In this document: in pieces, positions 55,727 through 64,000 of the stretch
How positions within the stretch are numbered: the first letter of the stretch is position 1
Layout: the number at the start of each line of letters is the position of its first letter
NCBI GenBank assembly: GCA_035512495.1
Contig: DATKDW010000052.1
Coordinates: 5,256-69,255, forward strand
Direction: 5' to 3'
From: Acidimicrobiales bacterium
GTDB taxonomy: Bacteria > Actinomycetota > Acidimicrobiia > Acidimicrobiales > CADCSY01
DNA: 64,000 nucleotides
Notes under the pieces: model-generated
What the model saw: only the letters and a program-made list of their open reading frames with translations
What the model was told of the DNA's origin: nothing
Database searches by the model: none
Program-made: the position numbers and the translations under genes

Positions 55727-58700
55727 TCAGGCGACGGGCGTGGCCACCTCGACCAGGCGGCACAGCGCGTTGACGAGCCGCAGCTGCTGCGGCGAGTGGC
55801 AGCGCGCCGCGAGCAGGCGCGGGTTCGCCACCACCACGGCCAGCGACCGGGCCCGGGAGATGGCGACGTTGAGGCGGTTGAGGTTGTAGAGGAACTCGAT
55901 CCCGCGGGGGACGTCGACCGCCGAGGAGGCCGCGAGGGAGTAGAGGACCACCGGCGCCTCCTGGCCCTGGAACCGGTCGACCGTGCCCACGCGCGCGCCA
56001 GAGGGGAGCGCCTCGACCAGGCAGGCCACCTGAGCGTTGAAGGGCGCGATCACGAGGAGGTCGTCGAGGGTCAGGGGCCGGGTCGTGCCGTCGGCCGCGG
56101 TCCAGGGCCGGCCGAGCAACGAGGTGACGAGGGCGGACACGACGTCGGCCTCCTCCGGGGACCGTGTCCGGTTGCCCTCGTGGGTGACCGGGTGGAATCG
56201 GATGCCCGCACCGCCCAGGAGGGGGCCATCGGCCACCACCTGGCAGGCGGTGGAGGGATGGGGCCGGAGGCGGCCGCCGTAGGCGACCTCGGAGACGAAG
56301 CCGCAGACCTCGGGGTGCATGCGCCAGGTGGTGTCGAGGAACAGCCCCTGTTCGGGGGCGACGGTGCGACGGCCGGCGAGGACGTGCTCGAGCGCTGAGG
56401 CGCCGGCACCGGAAGGGTGGGTGCCCTGCGACACCTGGGGCAGCTGCTGGGGGTCGCCGAGGAGCACGACGTCGTCGGCCGTCCCGGCCATCGCCACGAC
56501 GTTGGCCAGTGACACCTGGCTGGCCTCGTCGACCACCAGCAGGTCGACGGCACCGGCCATCTCGGGCCGGGCGAAGAGCCAGGCCGTGCCCGCCGCCACC
56601 CGAGCACCGTCGGCGAGGGCGTCGAGCACGTCGTCGGCGCTCCCGGCGCGGGTCACGTGGGGGTCGTCTGCCACCTGGCCCTCGGGGCACCGCTGGACGG
56701 CGCGGAGCCCGACGCCGTCGGCGTCGGCCCGGGCCCCCACGGCCATGAGGAGGTTGCTGATCGCCTTGTGGCTGTTGGCGGCGACGCCCACCCGCCTGCC
56801 GGCACGGACGGCGTCGACGACCAGCGCCGCCCCGATCCAGGTCTTGCCGGAACCGGGCGGCCCCTGGATGGCGAGCACGGCGCCGTCGAGCAGGGGCACC
56901 AGGCGGCGGGCGGCGGCGGAGGGGTCCTCGTCGGGCGGGACCAGCGCGGTGCCGGCCTCGTGGCCACGGACGCGGGGTGGGCGACGGAGGAGCAGGTCGC
57001 GCGCCGCCCGGTGCTCGGGCCGGTCCGAGTCGAGGCCGTGTTCGACCACCCAGGTGCCGAGCACCCCGATCGCCTGGCGCATCACCTTGTCGTCGAGGGG
57101 GCGTGGCGGGATGAGGGCACGAGGATGAGGCGCGACGGAGGTGGCCGACCGGCGCAGGTCGACGGTGCCGGACGCGGCGTCGAGGGCCTCCACGGTGCCC
57201 GCGCCCCTACCCGTGGCCGGGTCGAGCGGCGCGTCGCCCACCCGGAGCTTGTGCTCCTGGCGAGGGTCGAAGCAGTACCGGTGCACCACCGACCGGGCGA
57301 CGCGGCCGACCTCGCCCTCCGGGCGCAGCGACCCGATCGAGTCGTGATCGTCGACCAGCTCCTCGGGGGTGCGCTCGAGGCGCTCGAAGTGCCACCACCA
57401 CGCCGGGCGGGCTTCCCGCCGGTGGTGGTCGACCAGGCCCGACAGCAGGGCGAGGCCGGCCTCGGCGGCGTCGCGCTCGTGCGGTTCCTCGGGAACACCG
57501 TGGAGGAGACCGGAGGCGAGGGCCGCGGTGGCGGCCTCGGCCGCCGCCTGGTCGGCGCTCGGCTCGCCTTCCCGTGGCGCGGGCCGCGGGAGGGGACGGC
57601 CCCGCAGCGCCTCGAGCTCGCCACGGCGCTCCTCGAGCCAGTCGCGCAGGCCGAGGGTGGACTCGCAGTCGACCCGGTTGTAGGCCTCGATGTCGGCGAG
57701 GATCGCCTCGTCGCCGGTGGAGAGGAACCGCTCGTACTCGACGATGCTCGAGCCGCCGTCGGTGATGGCCCCCTCCCGCTGCCCGAGGTAGAGCGGCTCG
57801 AGCTTCTTGAGGCCGTAGCCCTCCTGGGAGACCCGGACCGAGTGGCGCACGACCCGGTAGAGGTCGACGAAGACCTCGGCGCGCAGGAGGCGGTCGAGCT
57901 CGGCACCCCGGGTGGCGTGACGGCCCATGAGGGTCCGCAACGCCGTCACCTCGTAGGGCGCGTAGTGGTACACGTGCATGTCGGGGTGAGCGTCGAGGCG
58001 GGCCACCAGGAGGTCGACGACCGCCTCGAACGCCCGCTTCTCCTCGAGGTGGCTGTGGGCCCACACCGGCACGAAGCAGGCGTCGTCGCCCTCTGGCGCG
58101 TCCAGGACGAGGCCGAAGAGGTACTCGAGACCGTCCTCCCCCACCCACGGGTCGCCCTCGATGTCGAAGAAGACGTCACCCGGCGAGGGCTCGGGGAGCC
58201 ACGACAGGCCCGAGGGAGCGACATCGGCGTCGTCGTCGGCCGCAGGGTCGCGGCCGGCCTCCACCAGCTCGTGGCGGACCCGGCCGTCGGCCCGCTGGAG
58301 GAGCTGGAGGCGGGCCTGGTGGCGCAGGCGGTCGACCGTGGCCAGCCCCATCCGCCGCACCGGTGCACCGAGGGGGCTGGCGGCGAGCTCGGCGACGGTG
58401 GTGATGCCCTCCGACGCCAGCTTCGGGAGCATGTCGCGCCGCATCCCGGCGACGAGCGACAGGTGGTCGTCGGCCCGGCGTTGCTCGTCGCAGCGGTGGT
58501 CCCACGGACACCCTCGGCAATGGTCGACCCGGAGGGGATAGGTGGCGTCACCGGTGGCGCCGGCGGCGAGGGCCGCCTCGAGGCGCGACCGGGCGGCGCG
58601 GAAGTACGCCATGGCGTCGGCGACGCGGAACCGGTGGAGGCCGCCGTCGCCCGTCACCACGGCCATGGTCTCCGGTGCCACCCCTTGGATGCGGGTGACG

Positions 58701-59185
58701 TGCTCGGTGTAGGAGCACATCTGGAGCAGGGCGTCGGGCTTGGCCCGCCGCGCCAGCTTGGTGTCGACGACCTCGTAGCCCCACGGTCCGAGTGCCGTCT
58801 CGCCGGGGACGCGATGGAGGAAGTCGGCCTGGCCTCGCCAGCGTCCGTCGAAGAACGAGGCCTGGAAGACCACGTCGACCCCCTCGGCCATGGCCGCCGC
58901 GGTGCGGGCCTCAGCCCGGCGGAGCCCGGCGACGGTGGGCGGGGCGGGATCGATGCGGGCGATGCGCAGGCCGAGCGCCTCGAGCCGAGCCAGCTCGGCG
59001 GCCTCGTGCTCCTCGCCGCGACGACGAAGGACGTCGACCTCCCGGAGGTCGTCGGGACGTGGTTCGGGGCGCTCGGTGCCCCCCGCCGCCCGGAGCTGCT
59101 CGAGGGTGGTGAGGTGCTCGCACGCCAAGTGCCCGACCAGGTCGGTCGGGCTGAGGATCAGCGTGCCGTCGTCGCCCCGGTGCAT
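55727..59185 (-). CDS. fusion of a TM0106-type RecB-like nuclease and an SF1 (Upf1/DNA2-like) helicase, 1152 aa
   Basis: N-terminal 'LSPTDLVGHLACEHLTTLE' and Cys motif 'HCRGCPWDHRC'. C-terminal 'IQGPPGSGKT', 'LLVVDEASQ' and 'TVDRFQGQEAPVV...NVAISRAR'. Confidence 0.85.
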   Translation of the reverse strand: MHRGDDGTLILSPTDLVGHLACEHLTTLEQLRAAGGTERPEPRPDDLREVDVLRRRGEEHEAAELARLEALGLRIARIDPAPPTVAGLRRAEARTAAAMAEGVDVVFQASFFDGRWRGQADFLHRVPGETALGPWGYEVVDTKLARRAKPDALLQMCSYTEHVTRIQGVAPETMAVVTGDGGLHRFRVADAMAYFRAARSRLEAALAAGATGDATYPLRVDHCRGCPWDHRCDEQRRADDHLSLVAGMRRDMLPKLASEGITTVAELAASPLGAPVRRMGLATVDRLRHQARLQLLQRADGRVRHELVEAGRDPAADDDADVAPSGLSWLPEPSPGDVFFDIEGDPWVGEDGLEYLFGLVLDAPEGDDACFVPVWAHSHLEEKRAFEAVVDLLVARLDAHPDMHVYHYAPYEVTALRTLMGRHATRGAELDRLLRAEVFVDLYRVVRHSVRVSQEGYGLKKLEPLYLGQREGAITDGGSSIVEYERFLSTGDEAILADIEAYNRVDCESTLGLRDWLEERRGELEALRGRPLPRPAPREGEPSADQAAAEAATAALASGLLHGVPEEPHERDAAEAGLALLSGLVDHHRREARPAWWWHFERLERTPEELVDDHDSIGSLRPEGEVGRVARSVVHRYCFDPRQEHKLRVGDAPLDPATGRGAGTVEALDAASGTVDLRRSATSVAPHPRALIPPRPLDDKVMRQAIGVLGTWVVEHGLDSDRPEHRAARDLLLRRPPRVRGHEAGTALVPPDEDPSAAARRLVPLLDGAVLAIQGPPGSGKTWIGAALVVDAVRAGRRVGVAANSHKAISNLLMAVGARADADGVGLRAVQRCPEGQVADDPHVTRAGSADDVLDALADGARVAAGTAWLFARPEMAGAVDLLVVDEASQVSLANVVAMAGTADDVVLLGDPQQLPQVSQGTHPSGAGASALEHVLAGRRTVAPEQGLFLDTTWRMHPEVCGFVSEVAYGGRLRPHPSTACQVVADGPLLGGAGIRFHPVTHEGNRTRSPEEADVVSALVTSLLGRPWTAADGTTRPLTLDDLLVIAPFNAQVACLVEALPSGARVGTVDRFQGQEAPVVLYSLAASSAVDVPRGIEFLYNLNRLNVAISRARSLAVVVANPRLLAARCHSPQQLRLVNALCRLVEVATPVA

Positions 59186-59246
59186 GCAACGAGGATGGCA
59201 GGCGCGTGTGACACCGAGCCGTCGGCGACGGGCCGGCGGACCTCGA

Positions 59247-59858
59247 TCAGGACCCTGACTGGCCCCGCTTGGTGATCACGTGGTCGATGAGGCCGTAGTC
59301 CTTGGCGGCTTCGGCCGAGAACCACCGGTCGCGGTCGGAGTCGGCCTCGATCTGGTCCACCGCCTGCCCGGTGTGGTGCGAGATGCGCTCCATGAGGATG
59401 CGCTTGGTGTAGGCCATCTGCTCGGCCTGGATGGCGATGTCGCTCGCCTGGCCCCGGACCCCGCCGGAGGGCTGGTGCATCATGATCCGGGCGTGCGGGA
59501 GGCTGTAGCGCTTGCCGGCGGCCCCGGCGCACAGCAGGAACTGGCCCATCGAGGCGGCCAGGCCCATGCAGATCGTCGCCACGTCGCACTTGACGAACTG
59601 CATGGTGTCGTACATGGCCATGCCGGCGGTGACCACGCCCCCGGGGCTGTTGATGTACAGCCAGATGTCCTTCGAGTCGTCCTGACCCTCGAGGTACAGC
59701 AGCTGGGCGATGACCATGTTGGCGACCTGATCGTCCACCTCGCTGCCGAGGACGACGATCCGATCCTGGAGGAGGCGGTTGAAGACCTCCATCTGGGGCG
59801 AGGTGTTGAGGTCCTTCATGACCGGGGCGGTCAGGGGGCCGGGGAGCGCGGGGTCCAT
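59247..59858 (-). CDS. clpP: ATP-dependent Clp protease proteolytic subunit (ClpP1-like paralogue)
   Basis: '[63 protein letters not shown]...MMHQPSGG'. ATG 59858 or 59819. Confidence 0.9.
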   Translation of the reverse strand: MDPALPGPLTAPVMKDLNTSPQMEVFNRLLQDRIVVLGSEVDDQVANMVIAQLLYLEGQDDSKDIWLYINSPGGVVTAGMAMYDTMQFVKCDVATICMGLAASMGQFLLCAGAAGKRYSLPHARIMMHQPSGGVRGQASDIAIQAEQMAYTKRILMERISHHTGQAVDQIEADSDRDRWFSAEAAKDYGLIDHVITKRGQSGS

Positions 59859-59993
59859 GTCGAGGGAGGCTACCGGGCGACGCCGCGCCCCACGCACGGC
59901 GCCCAGGACCTGGTGGGCGCGGGCCGGCGCCCGCAGGTGACGTGGACCCGCCTACGTTGGCGTCGACCGCACGACCAACGAAGCGAGGTACCG

Positions 59994-60419
59994 ATGCCCA
60001 CCACCCGCACCGCCACCACGACCTGGCAGGGCTCCCTGACCGAGGGCCAGGGCCGTGTCGAGCTCGAGTCGTCCGGTCTCGGCGGCTTCGACGTCACCTG
60101 GGCGTCGCGCGCCGAGGACCCCGCCGGGCGCACCAGCCCCGAGGAGCTCATCGGCGCCGCCCACTCGTCGTGTTACTCCATGGCGCTGTCGAGCGCCCTC
60201 ACCAAGGCGGGGACACCGCCCGAGCGACTCGAGACGACCGCCGCCGTGACGTTCCAGCCCGGTGAGGGCATCACGGGGGTCCACCTCACGGTGAAGGGCG
60301 AGGTGCCGGGGCTGTCGCCGGAGGCGTTCACCGAGGCCGCCGAGGGCGCCAAGGCCGGGTGCCCGGTGAGCAAGGCACTCACCGGCACCACCATCACCCT
60401 CACCGCCACCCTCGCCTGA
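59994..60419 (+). CDS. osmC: OsmC-family peroxiredoxin
   Basis: 'TATTTWQGSLTEGQGRVE...PEELIGAAHSSCYSMAL...AKAGCPVSKAL' contains the two conserved Cys. Confidence 0.9.
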   Translation: MPTTRTATTTWQGSLTEGQGRVELESSGLGGFDVTWASRAEDPAGRTSPEELIGAAHSSCYSMALSSALTKAGTPPERLETTAAVTFQPGEGITGVHLTVKGEVPGLSPEAFTEAAEGAKAGCPVSKALTGTTITLTATLA

Positions 60420-60435
60420 CGATCGCCCTCGGGGT

Positions 60436-60480
60436 CACGTTCACTGCCGAGAAGGGGTGGGCGCGGAGAGACTCGAACTC
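60436..60480 (-). repeat. distal direct repeat (partial tRNA-Leu 3'-end copy)
   Basis: 'cacgTtcacTgccgagaaggggtgggcgcggagagaCtcgaactc' is 42/45 identical to 62293-62337. Confidence 0.85.
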
Positions 60481-60483
60481 GCG

Positions 60484-62118
60484 TTACGACGGGCGGAGGG
60501 TGTCGACGGCCCGGACCGGATGTGACGGCGGTGAAGATCCCAGTGAGCCGTGGAACTCCACCCCACCGAACGTAAAGATGCCGCCGTCAGCGCCAACCAT
60601 CAGATAGCCGCTCGTCCCGGGGCTGCTCATTCCGACCACCGCGCGGTTGAGCGGCGTCCCGCCCATCGAGCCATGGAACGGAGCATCGAAAGCGAAGATC
60701 CCGCCATCGGAGGCGACGAGCCAGTAACCCGATCCATCGTGGTCCGGGACGATCGCATTGACGGGCTGGTTGAGCCGCATCGACCCCGTGCTGCCCCGAA
60801 ACGCCGCATCACCGAAGGTGAACACACCACCGTCTGTGCCAACCATGTAGTACCCGCGCCCCGAGGGTGTGGCAGCGGCTGCGACGACCGGACCATTCAG
60901 CTTTACCTGGCCGAGATCGCCATGATGGACAGCTGTTCCGAACGGGAACACGCGTCCAAGGGTCGTGAAGATCCAGTAGCCATCGCCTGTTGGCAGCGCG
61001 GCGATGGTCGAGACCCGCTCGCCCGGTCGCAGGGCACCGGCGGGAACGCTCCCCCGGTGAGGAGCGAGGCCGAAGACTCCAACCGTTCCTCGGTCGTCGA
61101 CGAGCCAGTACCCGGCTCCGCCAGGACGACTCGCGATGCCGACGGTTGGGTGGGGCTGTCCGCGCCAGTCACCGTGCCACCGGCTGTCGCCGAACGCGAA
61201 CACCTGGCCGTCGGAGGTGACCATCCAGTGACCGGATGGCGCGGGTGGCTCAGCCGGGGACGGATCGCTCTGCGGAGGGTTTCCACCGTTCTCGCCTACT
61301 TGTTGTTGCAGGTTGGTGATCCAGTGGACGTATGTGCCGACCCGAGTGAAGTTGCCGGGCGCACTTCCGCAAGGCGAACGGCCGAAGCTCACGATGCCAG
61401 CAACGACAAGCCAACCGCTGTCGTTGTACGCCAACAAGGGGCCACCGCTGTCGCCGTCGCAGGCTGTCCGCTCAGAGCTGCCGGCACACATGTTGACGCC
61501 GATTGTGTACTTGTCGGTCCATGACTGACAGTAACCATCGCTCCAAATGGGAAGCGACGCGCTCTGAAGACGAGCTGGATAGGAACCTCCGCGCGGGTCT
61601 CTGCTTCCCCAGCCAGCGACCACACCGTCGTCGTCGTTCCAGACTGGTTCGTCTGTTCCCATGCGAGCGATGGATTGATATCGCGACTGATACGGAAGTT
61701 GGATCAGCGCCAAGTCGTGCGGGTGAGCCGTGGTCGGTCGGTAGTCGGGGTGCACGTAGATGTGCTTCGGGACGATGCTCTCCCCGTCATTGGCGTAGAG
61801 GTCTTGTCGTCCGATCACCATCTCGAGACTGCTGGGGCTGTCGACGAACTCTGTCACGCAATGGGCTGCCGTCAGCACCCAGTGGCCACGGCCGATCAGT
61901 GTGCCGCCGCAGTAGAACCGATCGCCGAAGGGTCCGGGGCCTGGCCTGGCAAGCGCCACGATGAAGGGAAAGCTTCCGGGTGGAGCGTCTTCCCCACCCA
62001 CGACGGCCGATTCGTAGCTCGCTTCGCCCGAGGGTTCAGCTAGAGCCGGTGCGGCGACGCCCAGTGTCAGCGCGAGGAGCACGCAGACAATCGACGCCAC
62101 CCGCTTGCGGAACCTCAA
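60484..62118 (-). CDS. secreted trypsin-like (S1) serine protease fused to six ~40-aa 'GYW..DGG.F.FG' beta-propeller-type repeats
   Basis: A TTG at 62118, preceded by GAAGGGA, gives the signal peptide 'MRFRKRVASIVCVLLALTLGVAAPALA'; ATG 62172 or 62184 are alternatives. 'VVGGEDAPPGSFPF...TAAHC' and 'CDGDSGGPL' mark the catalytic triad. Six repeats follow, such as 'GYWLVASDGGIFAFDAPFHGSMGG'. Confidence 0.8.
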   Translation of the reverse strand: MRFRKRVASIVCVLLALTLGVAAPALAEPSGEASYESAVVGGEDAPPGSFPFIVALARPGPGPFGDRFYCGGTLIGRGHWVLTAAHCVTEFVDSPSSLEMVIGRQDLYANDGESIVPKHIYVHPDYRPTTAHPHDLALIQLPYQSRYQSIARMGTDEPVWNDDDGVVAGWGSRDPRGGSYPARLQSASLPIWSDGYCQSWTDKYTIGVNMCAGSSERTACDGDSGGPLLAYNDSGWLVVAGIVSFGRSPCGSAPGNFTRVGTYVHWITNLQQQVGENGGNPPQSDPSPAEPPAPSGHWMVTSDGQVFAFGDSRWHGDWRGQPHPTVGIASRPGGAGYWLVDDRGTVGVFGLAPHRGSVPAGALRPGERVSTIAALPTGDGYWIFTTLGRVFPFGTAVHHGDLGQVKLNGPVVAAAATPSGRGYYMVGTDGGVFTFGDAAFRGSTGSMRLNQPVNAIVPDHDGSGYWLVASDGGIFAFDAPFHGSMGGTPLNRAVVGMSSPGTSGYLMVGADGGIFTFGGVEFHGSLGSSPPSHPVRAVDTLRPS

Positions 62119-62292
62119 GTCGAATCCCTTCGTCACCGTCGGGAACAAAAGGGACGATAAGGAGCAGGGCATGGCGACGGCCATAGGTCGTAAGGCCCTA
62201 CCGAAGCCGGCCCCTGGAGCAGACCGGAACGCGCGGGAGCAGCAGCCGGGCGGTGACTTCGTGTCATCCCAGAGCCGCAACACCGTGACCAG

Positions 62293-62337
62293 CACGCTCA
62301 CGGCCGAGAAGGGGTGGGCGCGGAGAGATTCGAACTC
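62293..62337 (-). repeat. proximal direct repeat (last 23 nt of tRNA-Leu plus 22 nt downstream)
   Basis: See 60436-60480. Confidence 0.85.
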
Positions 62338-63338
62338 TCATGCCGTGAGGCACTGGCACCTAAAGCCAGCGTGTCTGCCAGTTCCACCACGCGCCCGCTG
62401 AGGCGCCGAGGATACTGCGCCACCCGCACCCGTCGCCGGACGAGCACCACGCCGTTGGCGAGGAGGCCGAGAGCCGCAAGGAGGGCGACGGCGGCGTGGG
62501 GGGCGATGCTGGGGAACAGTCCCGACTGGAGGTCGACCTCGACGGCCTCGCCGGCGGCGGTCATCCCCACCGCACGACCTGCGAGCTCGGCGTCGGCGTC
62601 GGCGTCGGCGACCGGGACGGCGACCTCGAGCGGCTCCGACTCGGGAGCCGGAGCCGCAGCCGCAGCCGCAGCCGGGGTCGGAGCGGGAGCAGGGGCCGGG
62701 GCGGGCGCCGGGGTCGGAGCGGGAGCAGGGGCCGGGGCCGGGGCCGGGGCAGGCGCCGGGGTCGGGGCCGGAGCGGGAGCCGGGGCCGGGGCCGGGGCCG
62801 GGGCAGGAGCAGGAGCCGGGGCGGGCGCCGGGGCGCTGGCCGGCTGCACGAAGTTGTGGGTGCCCCACCAGAGGCGGCCGTCGTGGACCATGGCGAGGCC
62901 GACGACGGTGAAGCGGGCGTCGAGGATGTTGTTGCGGTGGCCCTCGCTCGCCATCAGGCGACGGTGCATGTCGTCGACGCTGCCGTTGTAGGCGACGTTC
63001 TCGCCCAGCGCCCTGGCGTCGAGGCGCTGGCGGGTCTCCTCGGTGAAGTAGGCGTCGTTGTGGCGCAGCACCTTGTCCTCGGACATCGCCCGGGAGTGGC
63101 CGGTGGCGATGTCCACCACGTCGGAGCGCATCGAAGCGGCGGGGAGTCCCCGGCTGGTGCGCTCCTCGTTGATCAGGCGGAGCATCTGCTGGGCTGCGGC
63201 GGCGGGGTCCGGGGCGCTGGCGGCGGTGAACTCGCACTCGTCGGTGCAGGAGCTGGCCATCCCGGGGACGATGCCGGCGAACCAGATGACTACTGCGAGG
63301 AGTGCCGAGAGGATGAGGTGCGAGGTAGTCCGGGTCAT
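62298..63338 (-). CDS. CAP/SCP (PR-1-like) domain protein with long (Ala-Pro)n linker and C-terminal TM anchor
   Basis: Signal 'LILSALLAVVIWFAGIVPGMA'. CAP motifs 'MLRLINEERTSRGLP...HSRAMSE...GENVAY...SEGHRNNIL'. About 60 residues of AP/TP repeats, then TM 'AVALLAALGLLANGVVLV' followed by RRRV. The only in-frame stop lies beyond the tRNA-Leu gene. Confidence 0.75.
   Translation of the reverse strand: MTRTTSHLILSALLAVVIWFAGIVPGMASSCTDECEFTAASAPDPAAAAQQMLRLINEERTSRGLPAASMRSDVVDIATGHSRAMSEDKVLRHNDAYFTEETRQRLDARALGENVAYNGSVDDMHRRLMASEGHRNNILDARFTVVGLAMVHDGRLWWGTHNFVQPASAPAPAPAPAPAPAPAPAPAPAPAPTPAPAPAPAPAPAPAPTPAPAPAPAPAPTPAAAAAAAPAPESEPLEVAVPVADADADAELAGRAVGMTAAGEAVEVDLQSGLFPSIAPHAAVALLAALGLLANGVVLVRRRVRVAQYPRRLSGRVVELADTLALGASASRHESSNLSAPTPSRP
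62315..62396 (-). tRNA. tRNA-Leu (anticodon UAG), class II with long variable arm
   Basis: Reverse complement: gggcgcg-tg-gtgg..gacac-ctggc-tttaggt-gccag-tgcctcacggca-t-gagag-ttcgaat-ctctc-cgcgccc-a. Confidence 0.9.
62640..62835 (-). repeat. GC-rich hexanucleotide-type coding repeat encoding (AP)n/(TP)
   Basis: Plus strand reads '...gccggggccggggccggggcaggcgccggggtcggggccggagcgggagcc...'. Confidence 0.8.
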
Positions 63339-63479
63339 GACTTGACTATCGGGACCACCACTCTTCGCGGTTGAGACAACGTTCCGACAACACCCGTAGT
63401 GAAAAAATAGGGACGCGAAGCGCGTCATGGAACGCCACCTCGGACGTCAGCTCCCGATGGCGGCCCGGTAGCGTCCGGC

Positions 63480-64000
63480 CATGCACGTCGCCGACCTCAC
63501 CACCCCCGCCCTCGTTGTCGACGCCGACCGGCTCGACGACAACATCGCCACCATGGCGGCACGGTTGCCCGGCCCGCGGCTGCGCCCGCACGTGAAGGCG
63601 CACAAGACCACCCTGCTGGCGGCCCGGCAGGCCGCCGCCGGGCACCTGGGGTTCACCTGCGCCACGGTCCGCGAGGTCGAGGGGATGGCAGCCGCCGGCC
63701 TCGGCCACGACCTGCTGCTGGCCAACGAGGTCGTCGACGCCCGCCGGCTCGGCGCCGCGGCCGCCGGTGGGGCCCGGGTCACCCTGGCGGTCGACTCGGA
63801 GGCCACGGTCGAGGCGGCGGCCGCCGGTGGGGTCCGGGAGGTCCTGATCGACGTGAACGTGGGACTCCCCCGCTGCGGCTGCCGGCCTGACGACGCCGGT
63901 CGCCTCGCCGACCTCGCCCGGTCACGCGGCCTCGAGGTCCGTGGCGTCATGGGCTACGAGGGCCACGTGACGATCATCGAGGACCGGGCCGAGCGGGCGG
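63480..64000 (+). CDS. PLP-dependent D-threonine aldolase / D-serine dehydratase-like enzyme (alanine racemase N-terminal fold), 3' end outside the window
   Basis: Read directly from the sequence; it is not in the ORF track because it has no stop in the window. 'MHVADLTTPALVVDADRLDDNIATMAARLPGPRLRPHVKAHKTTLLA...CATVREVEGMAAAG...DLLLANEV' contains the PLP-lysine motif HVKAHK. Confidence 0.8.

Larger units (their letters stand above)
60436..62337. mobile_element. recombinase-less insertion cassette at the 3' end of tRNA-Leu (island remnant or mobilisable cassette)
   Basis: 45-bp direct repeats lie at both ends, and the right copy spans the tRNA-Leu 3' end. A single cargo gene sits between them, and GC is visibly lower (for example 31 of 60 G+C in the line starting at 61501). 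Confidence 0.55.

Noticed and set aside
60436-60480. Possible partial or pseudo tRNA-Leu
   Set aside because: It contains only the last 23 nt of the tRNA plus downstream sequence. I interpret it as an att-type duplication rather than a tRNA gene.

Overview
High-GC actinobacterial chromosome segment. The class is not determinable here; the gene order tig-clpP-clpX and mreBCD-pbp2 fits Actinomycetota, and Acidimicrobiia is only a guess. Most of the window is housekeeping core: murJ (partial), pspA, proB-obg, rplU-rpmA, an RNase E/G gene with a radical-SAM pair, mreBCD-mrdA, ndk, folC, clpX-clpP-tig, a phhA-hppD-fahA-hmgA homogentisate operon, purEK, alaX, a sigK/rskA-like pair, rpe, a RecB-nuclease/SF1-helicase fusion, a second clpP and osmC. 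I found six tRNA genes: Pro-UGG, Gly-UCC, Arg-UCU, His-GUG, Lys-CUU and Leu-UAG. No rRNA genes or CRISPR arrays were seen. The most interesting parts are two tRNA-associated insertions. (1) A ~10.2-kb integrative element sits in tRNA-Lys (29234-39466), bounded by an 81-bp direct repeat. It carries an unusual long tyrosine integrase, an excisionase, a DUF4258/zinc-ribbon toxin-antitoxin pair, a decayed helicase and an uncharacterised envelope-type cargo module. It is followed by a toxin-antitoxin-rich accessory stretch running to about 46.4 kb. (2) A 1.9-kb recombinase-less cassette (60436-62337) is bounded by a 45-bp duplication of the tRNA-Leu 3' end. It carries a single secreted S1-protease/beta-propeller-repeat gene. 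Next to it, a CAP-domain gene has a reading frame that runs through the whole tRNA-Leu gene. Smaller items are an XRE-nucleotidyltransferase pair with a palindromic operator and a leaderless-type promoter, a 5x22-aa His-containing repeat protein, and a poly-Thr LAxTG surface protein. The many long ORFs antisense to real genes are GC-driven shadow ORFs. All calls rest on reading the translations and sequence by eye; no database search was possible.
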